A stretch of 64,000 nucleotides of DNA, taken from assembly GCF_009914755.1 (NCBI RefSeq), contig NC_060929.1, one strand, 5' to 3'. The position numbers and the translations under genes were made by a program. Shown here piece after piece: positions 12,586 through 27,258 of the stretch. This DNA is from the human T2T-CHM13v2.0 reference genome, Homo sapiens. Within the stretch, counting starts at the first letter, position 1; the number at the start of each line of letters is the position of its first letter. A model generated the notes under the pieces. It was not told the DNA's origin and ran no database searches. It saw only the letters and a list, made by a program, of their open reading frames with translations.

Positions 12586-12885
12586 TTGTTTGTTTTTGTT
12601 TTTTTTTGAGACAGTCTCGCTCTGTTGCCCAGGCGGAGTGCAGTGGCACGATCTCGGCTCACTGCAACCTCCACCACCCAGGTTCAAGTGATTCTTGTGC
12701 CGCAGCCTCCTGAGTAGCTGGGATTACAGGCGTGCATCACCATGCCTGGCTGATTTTTGCATTCTTAGTAGAGATTGGGTTTCACCCTGTTGGCCAGGCT
12801 GGTCTTGAACTCCTGGCCTCAAGGGATCCCCTACGTTGGCCTCCCAAAGTGCCTGGAATACAGGCCTGAGCCACTACGCCCAGCC
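12586..12885 (-). mobile_element. Alu (old S/J)
   Basis: Full dimer with T-rich tail, gagacagtctcgctctgttgcccagg...gagccactacgcccagcc. Confidence 0.97.
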
Positions 12886-12947
12886 ATAACTTTTTTTTTT
12901 TTTTTTTTTTTAACCCATAGGTTTTGCTGGTCTCAGGCATACTTATA

Positions 12948-13309
12948 TGTCTTAGTCTGTTCAGGATGCTATAACAAAATATCATAGATGGGGTTGCTTT
13001 TAAGCAACAGAACTTTACTTCTTACAGTTTTAGAGGCTGAGAAAGTCCAAGATCAAAGCACTGGCAGGTTCAATGTCTGGCTAGGGCCTGTTTCCTGGTT
13101 TGTAGACGGTACCTTCTTTCTGCCTCCCACGTGTTCCACATGGCGGAAGGACTGAGGGATCGCTATCAATCCTCTTTCATAAGGGCATTAATCCCATTCA
13201 TGAGGGCTCCCAATCACCTCCCAAAGTCCCCACCTTTTAATACCATTACCTTGGGGGTGAAGATTTCAGCATATTAATTTTGGGGGACACAAACATTTGG
13301 ACCATAGCA
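12948..13309 (-). mobile_element. MaLR LTR (MLT1A-like)
   Basis: tgtcttagtctgttcagg...ggaccatagca; 362 bp; TSD ttata/ttaca. Confidence 0.9.
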
Positions 13310-13573
13310 TTACATCCACCTTTTCTAAATGCATTAAAACTGGTAAGGGATATTAGCATGTCAGGACTCTTTCTTTCCAAAGCCATGTTGTTGTTTTCTT
13401 CCACTTTTCGAGGTTGTTGCAAACTGAATTGCTAGTGATTCTTCTCCCGAGCCCATCTCAGCAAAGAAAATAAATTTATCCATAAAACAACAACCCAGGC
13501 CACTGGGTCGGCCTCGTAGCAACCACCACGGGGGAAAGGAAGAACCCAGGGCTTCCTAAGGTAGTTCTCGGCA

Positions 13574-13592
13574 TAACCACCAGGGGGCACTG
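13574..13592 (+). promoter_or_regulatory. Candidate CTCF site (strong)
   Basis: taaCCACCAGGGGGCACtg near-consensus core; gtagttctc (13561-13569) resembles the upstream module. Confidence 0.75.
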
Positions 13593-13860
13593 CTAAAGTG
13601 CTGTCTCCTGGTCCTGGGCCTCCTAAGTTGGGGATGATGTGGTCTGCTGTGCAATGAGCATCTCGGTCACACCTTGAGTGCAATTAGATTAAAATGTGTC
13701 AATTATTGGCTGTGTTCCAGGTGTTTTTCTGTGTTATCTCATTTAATTCCATTATTTGCCTGTGTGGGAGGTATTTCGAATTTCACTTTACAGGTTGGCA
13801 ACTAAAGTTTTTGCTCATGAGCTATCTCACATCCTAGGTGCTTGTAAGAGGTGAAACCAG

Positions 13861-14477
<617 letters not shown>

Positions 14478-14685
14478 TGAAACAAGTTTTTAAAGTCTCT
14501 AATTGTCCATCTACAAAGCTCTCAGTCTTAAGAACAAAATCTACAGGAAATTAGGGAAGGAGAGAAGCAGCATCTTGCTCTTTCTAGGCAAGAAGTTCCA
14601 GCTGTAAGACTGGATGCTGGGGACGGCTTCATTTCTTTCACTTGAGAAACTGAGGATTTCCACAGTGCAAACCTTGCTTAATGTG

Positions 14686-15076
14686 TATATCAGTCAGTCA
14701 GGAGAGGCTCAGCTGCTGTAACAGATACTCCCCAGAAACTAGGTGGCTTGAAGTAACAAAGGCTCATTCCTCACTCAGACTTCTTGACCACAGTGGCTTT
14801 CTAGGGAGTTTCTGCTCACCCTAGGTGTGCAGGTTCCTGGCCAATACAATGATGCTGGTCTGGGAATTTGCCAGTTGCTGTGCATGAGAGAAAAAGAGAA
14901 AAATTTAGGAGGGTCTTGAACTGGCAGCCACATGCTCCTGTCCAGAGGTGACGCTCATCACTTCTGTTTGCAATGTGTTGATCAGAACTAGTCACATGGC
15001 CCCACTTATGTCCTCGAGGGAGCCAGGAATTCTATCACATTCCCAGGAGCACTAAGGACTACTGATGACCACCACA
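14686..15076 (-). mobile_element. Old MaLR LTR (MLT1I/J-like)
   Basis: gctgctgtaacaga...gtggcttgaagtaacaaagg...cagaactagtcacatggcccca. Confidence 0.65.
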
Positions 15077-15099
15077 GAGCCTCTATCAGGGCTGAATAA

Positions 15100-15411
<312 letters not shown>

Positions 15412-16823
15412 ACAATTTGGATATTTTATTAATCATGAGTTCTTTTTTTAACATTCATTTTTATTTTTAAAAACATTGCATTAAGACATTCTTTATTTTG
15501 ATTTCTGAGTTTCTGGCTCTCCCGTACATTTTGCATCTAAGACCCGTGCTTGCTGCGAACAGAGGGAGGATAAAAAATAACAATTTTGACTGAAATTTTG
15601 TTTTCATGAGAGAGCCCTAGAGAAAAGCAGTACTTACAGAGAGGCAAGAATATAGTTGACATCTACATAAATATTGACAGAAAAAGAAAAGGATGAGAAA
15701 CACACTGTAACAGAAAAGAGAAAACAAAAAGGAGGTCAATTTGAGATTGAGATTGCTGAGGTACATGCTGCTCGGGCTCTTTATTTAGTCAGCACATGGT
15801 ATAGGAAAACTTTTGTGTTCAATTTCCCCAGTGACCTTCCAAGTACATTATGAAGACAATTAAAACCCGTATCCCAGAACCACAAAGTTTTCAGCGATTG
15901 GGCTAATGTTAATCAGTGTGAATTGAACGAAAACAGCTTGTTCAAGTAAAATCGATTGAAATCTTGACGAGCAAAAATGGAAATTTTGGTTGCAAGTGTT
16001 TACTTTCTTTTTGTAGGAACACTGTTGTATAAGATTTTTAAAAGTACAAATTACTGGAAGCCCACAGATGCTTCTGTAAGATGCCAGAGAAATTAATTTT
16101 GGTAAAGATCTAGGATGTTTTCAATTTATCGAACTGTACATATATAGCAATTTAACTTATCTTGGTACTTGGTATGATTTTTCTTTTAACCAATGTCTTG
16201 AATTTTGTTCTTGTGTGGATTTCATTTGAGTGTGAATCTATAAAATTGACCTAGATTCCTTCTCGGCAGTAGAATTGATCTCCTTTTTTTTCCCGATTTG
16301 CCTTGTAAAATGCATCTGTGAACTTGCCTGATAAAGTTGAAAAGAGAACTTCTTCAAAGATCAAAATTATTTGCTAAATGTGTTTCTATACTTGGAACAT
16401 CAGTGAAATATACACCTAAATATGGGGTGAAAGTAAGAGAAACTTCTTGACTACAACATTGCTTTAATCTTGGGGACTTTACGTTCCTTAGAAAATCCCA
16501 ACATCCCGAGGGCAACCTCACAATGGATATGATCACTACATAAGTATCCAGGAAAATAAAAACAGCTTGAGTTTTTGAGGAACTCTCTTTTTAAAACTCT
16601 TGAAGTACCGTGTATTGTGCTCTGAAGGGTGATGCTGAGTACTTGGCATTAGCTTTTCTTAGGGATTTGTTCACATGGTCCCCTTCAGAAGAATGACTTG
16701 GCAAACAAACTTTGCTGTCACTGGGAGTCTTTTAACACCACCTCAGTAAACCGCAGCCAGGGGGCTCGCTTTCCCCATTGCCTCACTGGGGAAAATTAAG
16801 GTCTTAGAGAGAAGCATTAATAT

Positions 16824-17120
16824 CTGGGAGAGGTTGGTTAATGGGTACAAAAATACAATTAGAAAGAGTAAGTTGTAGTATTTAATCGTAGAGAAATTGT
16901 AGTTGAAATAATCTATTGTATATTTCAAAAGAGCTAGAAGAGAATTGTAATGTCCCCAACACAAAGAAAAGATAAATGTTTGAAGTGATGAATATCTCAA
17001 TTACCCTGACTTGATCATTACACACTGTGTACAGGTATCAATATATCACATGTACTCCCCAAATAGGTACAACTATCATAAAGTAGTTATATAATACAAC
17101 TACAATAAAGATAATACAAT
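16824..17120 (+). mobile_element. L1MA-like 3' end
   Basis: ggttggttaatgggtacaaaaatac...ttaccctgacttgatcattacaca...decayed A-rich tail. Confidence 0.85.
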
Positions 17121-17149
17121 AATGTCTGTTCCCTGGGATCAAGCTTACT

Positions 17150-17516
17150 AGGAGAAGAGGGCCTGGAGGCAGGGAACCTAAGGACTTCCCAGAACTAAAT
17201 CAAGTGGAAATGCTTCAGCTATGACAGGAAATATCCTCTTCATTTACATAGGGCGTGCACCAAGTAAATGACTTTGTAACTTTACTTCATCCTCTTCATT
17301 TACATAGGGCGTACACCAAGTAACCAATGGAAACCTCTAGAGAGTATTTAAACCCCAGAAAATTCTGTAACTGGGCTCTTGAGCCCCTATACTCAGGCCC
17401 GCTCCCACACCGTGGAGTGTACTTTCAACACATCTCTCTGTTTGTTGCTTCATTCTTTCCTTGCTTTGTGTGTTTTGTCCAATTCTTGGGAACCTGGACA
17501 CCCTCCACCAGTAACA
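17150..17516 (+). mobile_element. ERV1 solo LTR, MER51 family
   Basis: ctggaggcagggaacctaagg start; internal repeat atcctcttcatttacatagggcgt; CCAAT and TATTTAAA boxes; ends gtaaca. Confidence 0.85.
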
Positions 17517-19072
17517 CTGTGGCCCTTGGGGAACGAGTCATTAAAATTTTAACGACAAGTGCAGCTCTTCGAAGGATATTCCAGTCAAAGGAAGAGCATC
17601 AAAGAAGAGGTTTTTTGCTTGGGTTACTGGCAATCAAAGAATGTGTCACTAACACCTGGACGGGGTTTTGAAGTACTAGCAGGAGTTCCTCAGGTTCACA
17701 GAGGAGTGCTATGAGGGAGGACAGCCAAGGTATGTGGAGCAGGTGCGGAGAGGGGGGGGCACATGGAGCAGAGGGCCTTGGTGCCTCTCCAGGGCCCTTT
17801 TCCGGATCTGTGAACCAACCTTAACTCTCTTGCAGGAGATGGAAGGGCCTGGATGTTTAGGTTACCCTCGCCTCCCACAAGAGTTGCCCATGGTTCAAAA
17901 GCCAATTGTCTCCGTCGCTAAGGGTGGGACAGAATCCAAGGCACAACCTATACTCTAGGGCCCCCTTGGGTTGAAGCTGAGTCCGTGACCACCCCTGAAA
18001 ATGCACTGTTGCTGGCTTCTCCTCCTCCCTACTTGGCTTTGCCCACCTCTTTCTGTCCCTGCGGGAGAACATCCTCAGGAAATCCCCGGGGCCCGGGTCC
18101 TTGCTCAGGGCCTCCTGGGAGAACCCAGCCTCAGAGGATGCGTTTCAGGACAGGAACTCCCAGAAGGACCATGGGAGTTGTGTGTTGGAAATTGTAAATA
18201 TAAGATCAAACGAATGGATACGGCCGGTGAAAATACTTTGTAAACTACAAGTGCTTTACCCTATTAGCAGTAATTGTTTTCCATTTACAACTGTCTTTCC
18301 CAACAGGCCTTGGGAATACTTTATTGGGTCAGTTCATCCTCCTCCTACCGCTGTTGCCAGCGCCCTTTATAACATTCTGTGTGATGAGTGCACCTGCTAC
18401 CTGGGGAGGTGGGTGGGGCGAATGAAAGTCGATTACTTAAATCTGGATGACAAATGCCCTGCCTTTACTCCCCTGGATTCAAAGCTTTTATTTGGCCCAA
18501 TGGAGCTTTCCTGGGGCTTCATCTCTTAGCACATTGCTTACTATCGCAGAGCTATTTGTTTTATAAACTCAACTCCTTAAACCCAATGAAAAGCAATGGC
18601 TTCAAAGCAGCTTTTTCCATTCTGTGAACACAGGAAAAAAAATAGCAGTAAATCAGAAACTTCTCATCTGAGACAGTTATTTTATCTTTTTGGCACTGGC
18701 CCTTAGAGAGCAGGAGGTAGAATCCACCCGAGCCCCTCGTCTCTCTGTGGAGTCTTCCACAACGTGCATAACATCCCAGCCGCTGTGGAACGTGGCCGAG
18801 GCCAGCCCCAGCTTGATTTAATGCTCTCCGTAGCTGAGTTTCTTTGCCCCAGGCTCAATAAGCTGTAAAGAATAGATCCTCTGACAAATTGACAGCTTTT
18901 GCTTCAGAGATGTAAAGCCAATGGGAAAACCTACAACAGGGCAATTCTCTTTTTATTCAATTCATTTGGAGAAATAATCATCAGAATAATGATCTATTTT
19001 AGGGAAAGGTGGATGGAAACTTAGGCTATTTGTAGAATTTTCTCCTAGGTTTAAAATAACATTATCCTAAAC

Positions 19073-19116
19073 TCTTCCTTTCCTTCCTTCCTCCCTCCCC
19101 TCCTTCCTTCCTCTCT
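19073..19116 (+). repeat. (TTCC)n/CT-rich simple repeat
   Basis: Pure pyrimidine tract. Confidence 0.8.
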
Positions 19117-19329
19117 ACCTTGAACTTGACTACAGCCTTATACTTTGTGTGAGGTTCAGTGTGAATTCAGAAGAGAACTTATAAAACATCTATAAAATTA
19201 AAAGAAATCAATTGGCACTGCAGCCCTATAAACTCTTCTTCCATAAAAGCCATTCTGTGCCACTTCTCATCTCCTGGGAGGCAAGAGTGGTAAAGGCTCA
19301 CACTTCCAGGGGAGGGCAAGTTCAATGGC

Positions 19330-19498
19330 AAGCTATCTGACTTTGGGCGACTATAATCCTATGAATCTCAGTTTGCTGAGGTGCAAAAAGGTGATAATTA
19401 CGCCTCCTGTGCTGGGTAATAGAAAGCAAACAGATAATGCCCTTTCATGGAAACTAGCACATACTAAGAGTTAATCAAAGATAGGCATTATTATCATT
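19330..19498 (+). mobile_element. MIR
   Basis: tgactttgggc...atctcagtttgctgaggtgcaaaaaggtgataat...attattatcatt. Confidence 0.6.
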
Positions 19499-19732
19499 CT
19501 TGCTACACAAACTTGGATAAACAAAGCAAGGGCTGGGAACAGGAAAGGAAAGAGAAAGCTTAAGGAAAAATTAGATTTTTTTTTTTAAAATGCAGCATTG
19601 GAAGAGCTATTTAAATGGTTTCTTTAAGTCTGTTGTGGAGAGAAAACTGCATATATGGGTGTGGGTGGGTGCAGAGGGTGGGGGTTGACTGACAAGAGCA
19701 TCAGGGTGTTGGGGACCCCTTCAGATACATGA

Positions 19733-20202
<470 letters not shown>

Positions 20203-21624
20203 TAACCCTCTATATTTCATCAGAAATACAGTCAAGAAGGGGTCATTGGAGCATGATAAGCAAACAATCTTCACAGTCATCACAGGGCCAGGATAGAGTT
20301 TTGTCATTTTTTCTTTTTTCCATGATTTTATATTCCACCTTGTCTGCAGTCAGAAATTGGCATTTGAAAATGCAGTTTATATGGTCCTGTTTAGAAAGTT
20401 AGGGTGAGGCTTGCTTTTTTGAGCTGGCAAGAACAATAAAGACCTAGGAAGATGACAGGATAGGGGAAGAGGAGCTTTGTTAGATGGGCGACGTGCTGAC
20501 GGTTTTGGAAGCTGCGTTGAAATTGAATTTCTTGCACAAACGTCGTCGACACATGCACTTTCCCATCCTCATGGCAGATGTCATGAGAGAATTATTGGTG
20601 TAGTGAATTCTTGCCCAATTTCTCCCGCTTTAATCCCATTTTACACATACTTCTTGGCTTCCCTGTTATAAAAGCCAGAGCGTTTTTGAAAGCAAATGCC
20701 CTAAAAATTCACACATTCTCGTTCTACAGGGAGACATCGCCAAAAGCTAAAATATCCAGGAAAGGGAGAGATGATGCATAAACTAATCACCAAGAAAATG
20801 ATAAAAATTCATCACTAGAAAGTCTGGCTTTTTAAGTATCCTTTTCTAGATTCAGTTTTTTAAGAACCAGGTCAAAACCTGATACTTTGGAAGGAAGACC
20901 TTACAAATTACATTGGAAAATCCTGGAGTGTTTATGTATTACCCTCATTGCACCTGAGAAAAATCTTTTGAATAAATATATGTAGGTACTGCATCTCTGA
21001 ATAATTTTTTGTTAGGGCAAAAGATCCATTAAGGTAAATATCATCAATCAGACAATTATAAGTATTCAAAATGATTGATTCTATCGAATTAAGAGTGATT
21101 TCAGGGATATGAAACTCCTTAATTCACACATTAAAAAATTTTACCACTTATTTTTCATTAATGTACAGTAAAAATGATAATAAATCAAGCAGATCTCAGT
21201 TTGAACAGAGGTGATTGTAGTTGATACTTAAAAAATAGCCTCATTAAGACTCACGTTTATTAATGATCTACCCTGTCACACACACTGGCCAAAGTTTGAT
21301 CTGGAGTCCTAGCATGTATGTATTGATTTATGAACCTGCTTTGGATTATTACCTGAGCAGAGAAATTGTATTCAGCCACAGAATTCAGGCTTTGAATTTT
21401 GGAACTTTCTATCCAGGGTCCAGTAAATGTCAGCGTGGAAGGTAATGGGCCAGGCAAATAAACCCCCGTCATGATCATGCGGGTGGGATGATCTCGCTGT
21501 AGCCTGACTTGGGTGAGTTAGTTTACATGAAGCTGCTGCCTGAATTCGCTATGTGGCCAGGCTTTGCCAACATATTCATGTGTAGGAAGCGTGGACGTTT
21601 CCTCTCCAGTGTTTGAAAATCTTG

Positions 21625-21985
21625 TGTGTGAGTTTCCTATGAATGCCGTAACAAATTGCCACAAAGCTGGTGGCTTAAAATAACACAAAGGTATTCTCTC
21701 ACAGCTCTGGAGGCCAGAGGTCTGAAATCACTGGGCTGAAATCAAGGCGTTGGTGGAGCCACACACCCCGCTGGAAGCTCCAGGGAAGATTCATTTCTTT
21801 GCTTTTTCCAGCTTGTCGTGGCCGCCTTTGTTCCTTGGTTTGTAGCTCCTTCCTCCATCCACAAAGTGCATCACCTCAACCTCTGCCTCTGTCTCTGCAG
21901 TCACTTTTCCTTAGAAGGTCACACTCACAGTTCCAGGGATAGCAACTTGGCTATCTTTGGGGGCCTTTATTCAGCCGACCCCATC
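21625..21985 (-). mobile_element. MaLR LTR (MLT1C/D-like, internally deleted)
   Basis: gccgtaacaaattgccacaaagctggtggcttaaaataacac...ctctcacagctctggaggccaga. Confidence 0.8.
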
Positions 21986-22030
21986 GTAGAATACAAACTA
22001 TGAAATGTGACCACGTCCTTATTAAAAACC

Positions 22031-22329
<299 letters not shown>

Positions 22330-22339
22330 GTAATTCTAG

Positions 22340-24240
22340 GGCAGTTTACATTTTATTTAAATTTCTTAAACTAAGAAAATAATATGCACATGGTAAAACA
22401 AAACAAAAAAACCAAGCAGTACAAATGATGGACAATGAAAAGTGAGCGGGCCTTTCACTCCTGACGGTGTTCTGTGGATAGGAACTGCCCTGGCTTTACA
22501 ACTGAAGGCCCCACATCGCAGGAGGTCCCTCAGTCCCAGACAAACCAGACAGCAGCTTACCCTGTTCCAGTTCCATACCCTACCCCAGAGCTTGCCATAG
22601 TTACTTGTTTTTTGTGTATCCTTCTGAAAGTTTCCACATATATAACACAAATTTTTAACTCAATTGGAAAATACCTTTTTAATTATCTTGGCATTTTTTT
22701 CCTTATCGGCGCATCTAGTTTTATCTCTCTCCCTCTTTTTTTTTTAATCCATTATGTGGTATTTCATTGAATGAATGTACCATGATTCATTAAAACATTC
22801 CTTTTTAACAGTAAACATGTGAATTATTTTCAGGACTTTCTTTGCCACTACAGTGTAATTTACATCATTGTATGCATATTTCTTTCCCTATATATTGTTA
22901 GTTTATTGCTGAACATCATTCCATTGTATAAATATACTACAATTTGCTTCCTTTTCCCTTGGTAAATAGACATTTTATTGTTTCCAGTTTTTGGCTATGA
23001 ATAAAGCTGCTGCATTTATTATAAATTTTTGTATGAACATACGTTTTCATTTCTCTTGAATAAATACCAAGAGTAGAGTGGCTGGGTCGTGGAGCTTTTG
23101 CACGGTCAGCTTTACAAGACCCTGCCAAATACTTTTCAAAGGTATTTGTATACATTTTCTCACCTGCCAGCACTGTATGAGAGTCCAGTTGCCCTACATT
23201 CTTGCCAACACATGGTATTGTCAGTCTTTTCCACATTAGCCATTCAGATGGATGTGTAATGGTATTTCATTGTGGTTTTAATTTGCATTTTTTGATCACG
23301 AATGAGTTTAAATGATTCTTCATTGGTTTATCGGCCATCTGGTTGTCTTCTTAAGGAGTTGCCTGTTCACGTCTTCTTCCTATTGTTCTGTCGGGTTGCC
23401 TGCCATGTTCTTAGTGACTTGAAGGAGTTCTTTTCATATTCTGGATATAAATCTTTTATCAGATTGCAATGGACAAATGTTTGTGTCGCCCCCAAATTCA
23501 TACATTGAAGTCCTAATCCCTAATGTGATAGAATTAGTAGGAGAGGACTTTGGGAGGAAATTAGATCATGAGGGTGGTACCCTCATAAATGGGGTCAGTG
23601 CCCTCATGATAGGCACCCCTGAGAGTTCTGCCTGTTGTCGCCATGTGAGGATACAATGAGAAGGTGGCCATCTGTTCCAGGAAGCAGGCCTTCAGCAGAC
23701 ATGAATCTTCCAGTTCCTTGATCTTAAACTTCTTAGCCTCCAGAAGAAGTGTGAGAAATAAATTTCTGTTGTTTATTAACCACCCAGTCTATGGTATTGT
23801 GTTATAACCGCCTGAACTGCCTAGGACATAGATGTATGGACTGAAAAGATTATTTCTCCCTGGGTTCCCATTCACTCTCTTACTAGTGTCTTTTATTGAA
23901 CAGAGGTTCTTCATGATAACCTCTTCCGGTTTATCAAACTTTTTTCGTGGTCAATGCCCTTTTAGGTCCTTCTGGATCATTTTTAGAAATCTTTGGCTAT
24001 TCCAAGGTCATACCAATGCTCTCCTATGTGATCTAGGAATATAAACCACCTGGAATTTATTACTGTGCTTGTTGTGAGGGACTAAGACTCATTTTTTAAA
24101 ATATGACTATTTAATTGACTCAGCACCATTTATTCGAGGGACCTTCTTTTCCACACCACTCTGTAATGCCGCCTTCGTCATAAATCAAGTGAATGTATAC
24201 CTGTGGGTCTTTTTCTAGACTCTCTATTCTGTTTCACTAG
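22340..24240 (-). mobile_element. Old L1 (L1M) 3' remnants, interrupted by MLT1A
   Basis: tttccagtttttggctatgaataaagctgct; ggtatttcattgtggttttaatttgcattt; cagcaccatttatt. Confidence 0.8.
23465..23828 (+). mobile_element. MaLR LTR (MLT1A-like)
   Basis: tgcaatggacaaatgtttgtgtc...ctaggaca; 364 bp; TSD cagat/tagat. Confidence 0.9.
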
Positions 24241-24893
24241 ATGTAATTTGATAAAGGAAAAATAAAGAATTCTGACCTTTCTTGCATCTGCGTGCCTTGA
24301 AGCATATTTGTACCATCTGGATAACATCGTTTTGATCAGAATATGCCCAAGGAGTGTTTTGAGTGCTTTAACTTGTTCCCTTCAGTAAGATAAAGTGCTT
24401 CAGTTCATCCTAATTAGCTTCTCTATCCTTTTTCCATGTTTTAGGAGGAAATAAGCCAGTGACAGCTTTGGGGGAGGGTCTCTCGGGAAAGCTTCCACTG
24501 GAGAGCACTCTGGGCCGGGCCTGCTGAAGTCAGGGGCTCTGCCCGGGCATTGGCCTGTTTCTCCAGCGTTCCTCTTCTTATCATGCACCAGCTTATTTCT
24601 TCCTGGCTCAACATAACCTTGATGTTTTTTTCCAAGTGGTCAAAACCCTGTCTGTTCATTCTCACCTTTGCTCATCCTGGGTGCCTCTCCCAGCAAGGCC
24701 TCTCCCCTGTTTTGGGTCTACACAAAGTTTATCCCCCAGTCTGATGTCTTCTATAAAGCCTCTCCTAGTCACGTCAGCCCTTATCAATCTTTCTCTCCTC
24801 AGAACCCTACAGCTGCTGTTATTTCTGAATCGCTTGTTCCGGCCTTTGTATCATTATTAAATATTTCACAAGTGCTTGTCTTGTCTCTCAGGC

Positions 24894-24939
24894 TGGAAGC
24901 CCAGCTCTGCAGGAGGTGGAAGCCCAGCTCTGCAGGAGG
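24894..24939 (+). repeat. Perfect 23-bp tandem duplication within an L2-like 3' remnant
   Basis: tggaagcccagctctgcaggagg x2; L2-like end ctcaataaatattt at about 24967-24980. Confidence 0.9.
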
Positions 24940-26685
24940 TCAAAGCCCCTCTCTTAAAGCAGTTGCTCAATAAATATTTCACCCAGGATGAAGGAAAGCA
25001 TGGTCAGGGAGTGGGGGCAGCGGGGAGTGATGTGCTTTAGGGTGCTGAGGTGCAGAGGAAGGGCCTGCTCCCAGTGGGGAATTCAGACAGTGCCCCACAC
25101 GCCCCAAATGCCTGGCGTTCATATGGTGTCGGCTTATTGAGAACTGCCCTAAAACCCTCGGTTCATGTTTCAAAGTGTGACTCAGAAAAGACACCAGCTC
25201 TTACATGGGGCAGAGGGTGGCATAACTTGGGATGATAAGACAACTCAGTTCTGAGTCAGAACTTTCATTTCAGTGGAAAATGGAAGCAACGCTGACATTC
25301 TCCTTCCACCTGAGAGCAAGCCTGACACCAAGAAAGCTGTGGGAATAGGAGGGATGGGCCCGGACACCGCCATCTCCAAACTGCTCAAGATGTGTCATCT
25401 GCATAGATAAACTGGCACACCTGTGGATGGGACATCCTTTAAGTAGATGTTAAACAAGATCCAAGATTGGCGTAATGAGCCTTCAGTGGACTGTCATGAT
25501 TAACTGCGCATGCTGGCTGGCACACCAGAGAAAGCTGATGAGTTGGAGGTAAAGTGAGACAAATATGGAAAGACATTCCAGTTGTTTGGGGGATTTTTGT
25601 CACTTCCTCCAGATGGATGATTTTGGGTTTTTGTCCCTGGGTCTTGATAGATGTTCTCCACTTAACTTCCCCGAGGTTTCTGGCAGGATGGAGGGAGGTG
25701 ATCTGCAGTCTGTTTCCCTATTAAAAACCATTTCCCCGGACTTGAAAAGTTGCCAACTCAGTCGTCTCTGATTTACTGATTTCTAACAAGTGTGCAGTGT
25801 AAAAATAAAGCCCCTGGTCGGTTTTTGGGGCGACTTGCATCATTTGTAGTCACCCGATGATGGGTTTGCTGTTTGCTATGGGAACATCCCAAGGAACTCA
25901 TTAATCATTTCCTCCTGAATATCCCTTAGGTCCCAAGCAGAGGTGAATGGAAATAGAATTAGATGGCATAATGCATTTCTGATAACAACAGCTCAAGACT
26001 CACGGCTTAAGAGCCTGAACCTTAAATTCCCCCCAGTGTTCCCTGAGTGGAGAGATGTTTCACCCCACAGGGGTCCTAGACTGTGCAGAGCTTCTCCATC
26101 TGCCCAGAGAGGGTGCTTAGCTCATCAGGGACTGCAGAGGGAAGCTCAGCCAAGAGGAAGTATGAGTATGTTAATGGGAAAGTGAGCCCTCGCCGCGTGC
26201 TGCCTGCCCCTAAAAGCTGAAAAAGAGGAAGTATTATGTCTTGGGTTTAGGACCACTGGGCTCCCAGCTCCTGGTTTTTCATGCAGTCCCAGGCTTGAGA
26301 CCTCCTCCCTGGTCCTGGCTCAGAGCCCAAGTCTTACCCTGGACTAAGGAAAAGAATGCCACATACCCCTCCCCACAACATGAACTCCCCCAAATGGTGC
26401 CAAATATGCACAATGGGAATGTATTTGTCTCAGATGATTTTGAGAAGCTCTGGTTATTTATGGCCTTTAGTTATAAATCAAGCAAAGGAGGTATCTGATA
26501 ACAATCCTTCATTGAAGAAGGAAAGGCAGGATTATGGTATGGAGTCCTTCATTCACTTCTCCTAGGTTAGAGACCAGAGAAGCCTGGATTACTCATAGCA
26601 ACCATTCCTATATGGATAGGGGATGTCAGCTGCTGGAAAGGGCCATTGTATTAATCTGGTGATCAAGCAAAACACTGTATGTTGC

Positions 26686-27258
26686 TGTACAAGTCAGGGT
26701 TCTCCAGAGGGACAGAACTAATAGGATAGATGTATATATGAAAGGGAGTTTATTAAGGAGAATTGACTCACACGATCACAAGGTGAAGTCCCACGGTAGG
26801 CCGTCTGCAAGCTGAGGAGCAAGGAAGCCAGTAGTGACTCAATCCGAGTCCCAAAACCTCAAAAGTAGGGAAGCTGACAGGGCAGCCTTCAGTCTGTGGC
26901 CAAAGGCCTGAGAGCCCCCAGCAAACCACTGGTGTAAGTCCCAGAGTCCAAAGACCAAAGAACCTGGAGTCTGATGTCCAAGGGCAGGAAGTATCTAGCA
27001 CAGGAGAAGGAAGAAAACCAGGAACCTCAGCAAGCCAGCTTATCCCACCTTCTTCCACCTGCTGTGTTCTAGCCAGGCTGGCAGCTGATTGGATGGTGCC
27101 TACCCACATTGAGGGAGGGTCTTCCTCTCCCAGTCCACCGACTCAAAGGTTAATCTTCTCTGGCAGCACTGTCACAGACACACCCAGAAACAATACTTTG
27201 CCAGCCATCTAGGCAGCATTCAATCCAATAAAATTGACACCTAATGTTAACCATCACT
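26686..27258 (-). mobile_element. ERVL solo LTR (MLT2A-like)
   Basis: agtcagggttctccagagggacagaactaatagg...ttaaccatcac; perfect TSD gttgc at 26681-26685 and 27259-27263. Confidence 0.93.

Noticed and set aside
15590-16700. AT-rich stretch suspected to be a transposase remnant or processed pseudogene
   Set aside because: Hand translation of parts gave no recognisable protein; a Dfam or tBLASTn search is needed
17233-17323. 35-bp direct repeat atcctcttcatttacatagggcgt.caccaagtaa
   Set aside because: As I recall, an intrinsic part of the MER51 LTR consensus rather than a local event
19657-19684. G-quadruplex-compatible motif (another lies in the L1PA UTR near 33987-34020)
   Set aside because: Such motifs are very common; the L1PA one is a consensus feature and there is no functional context
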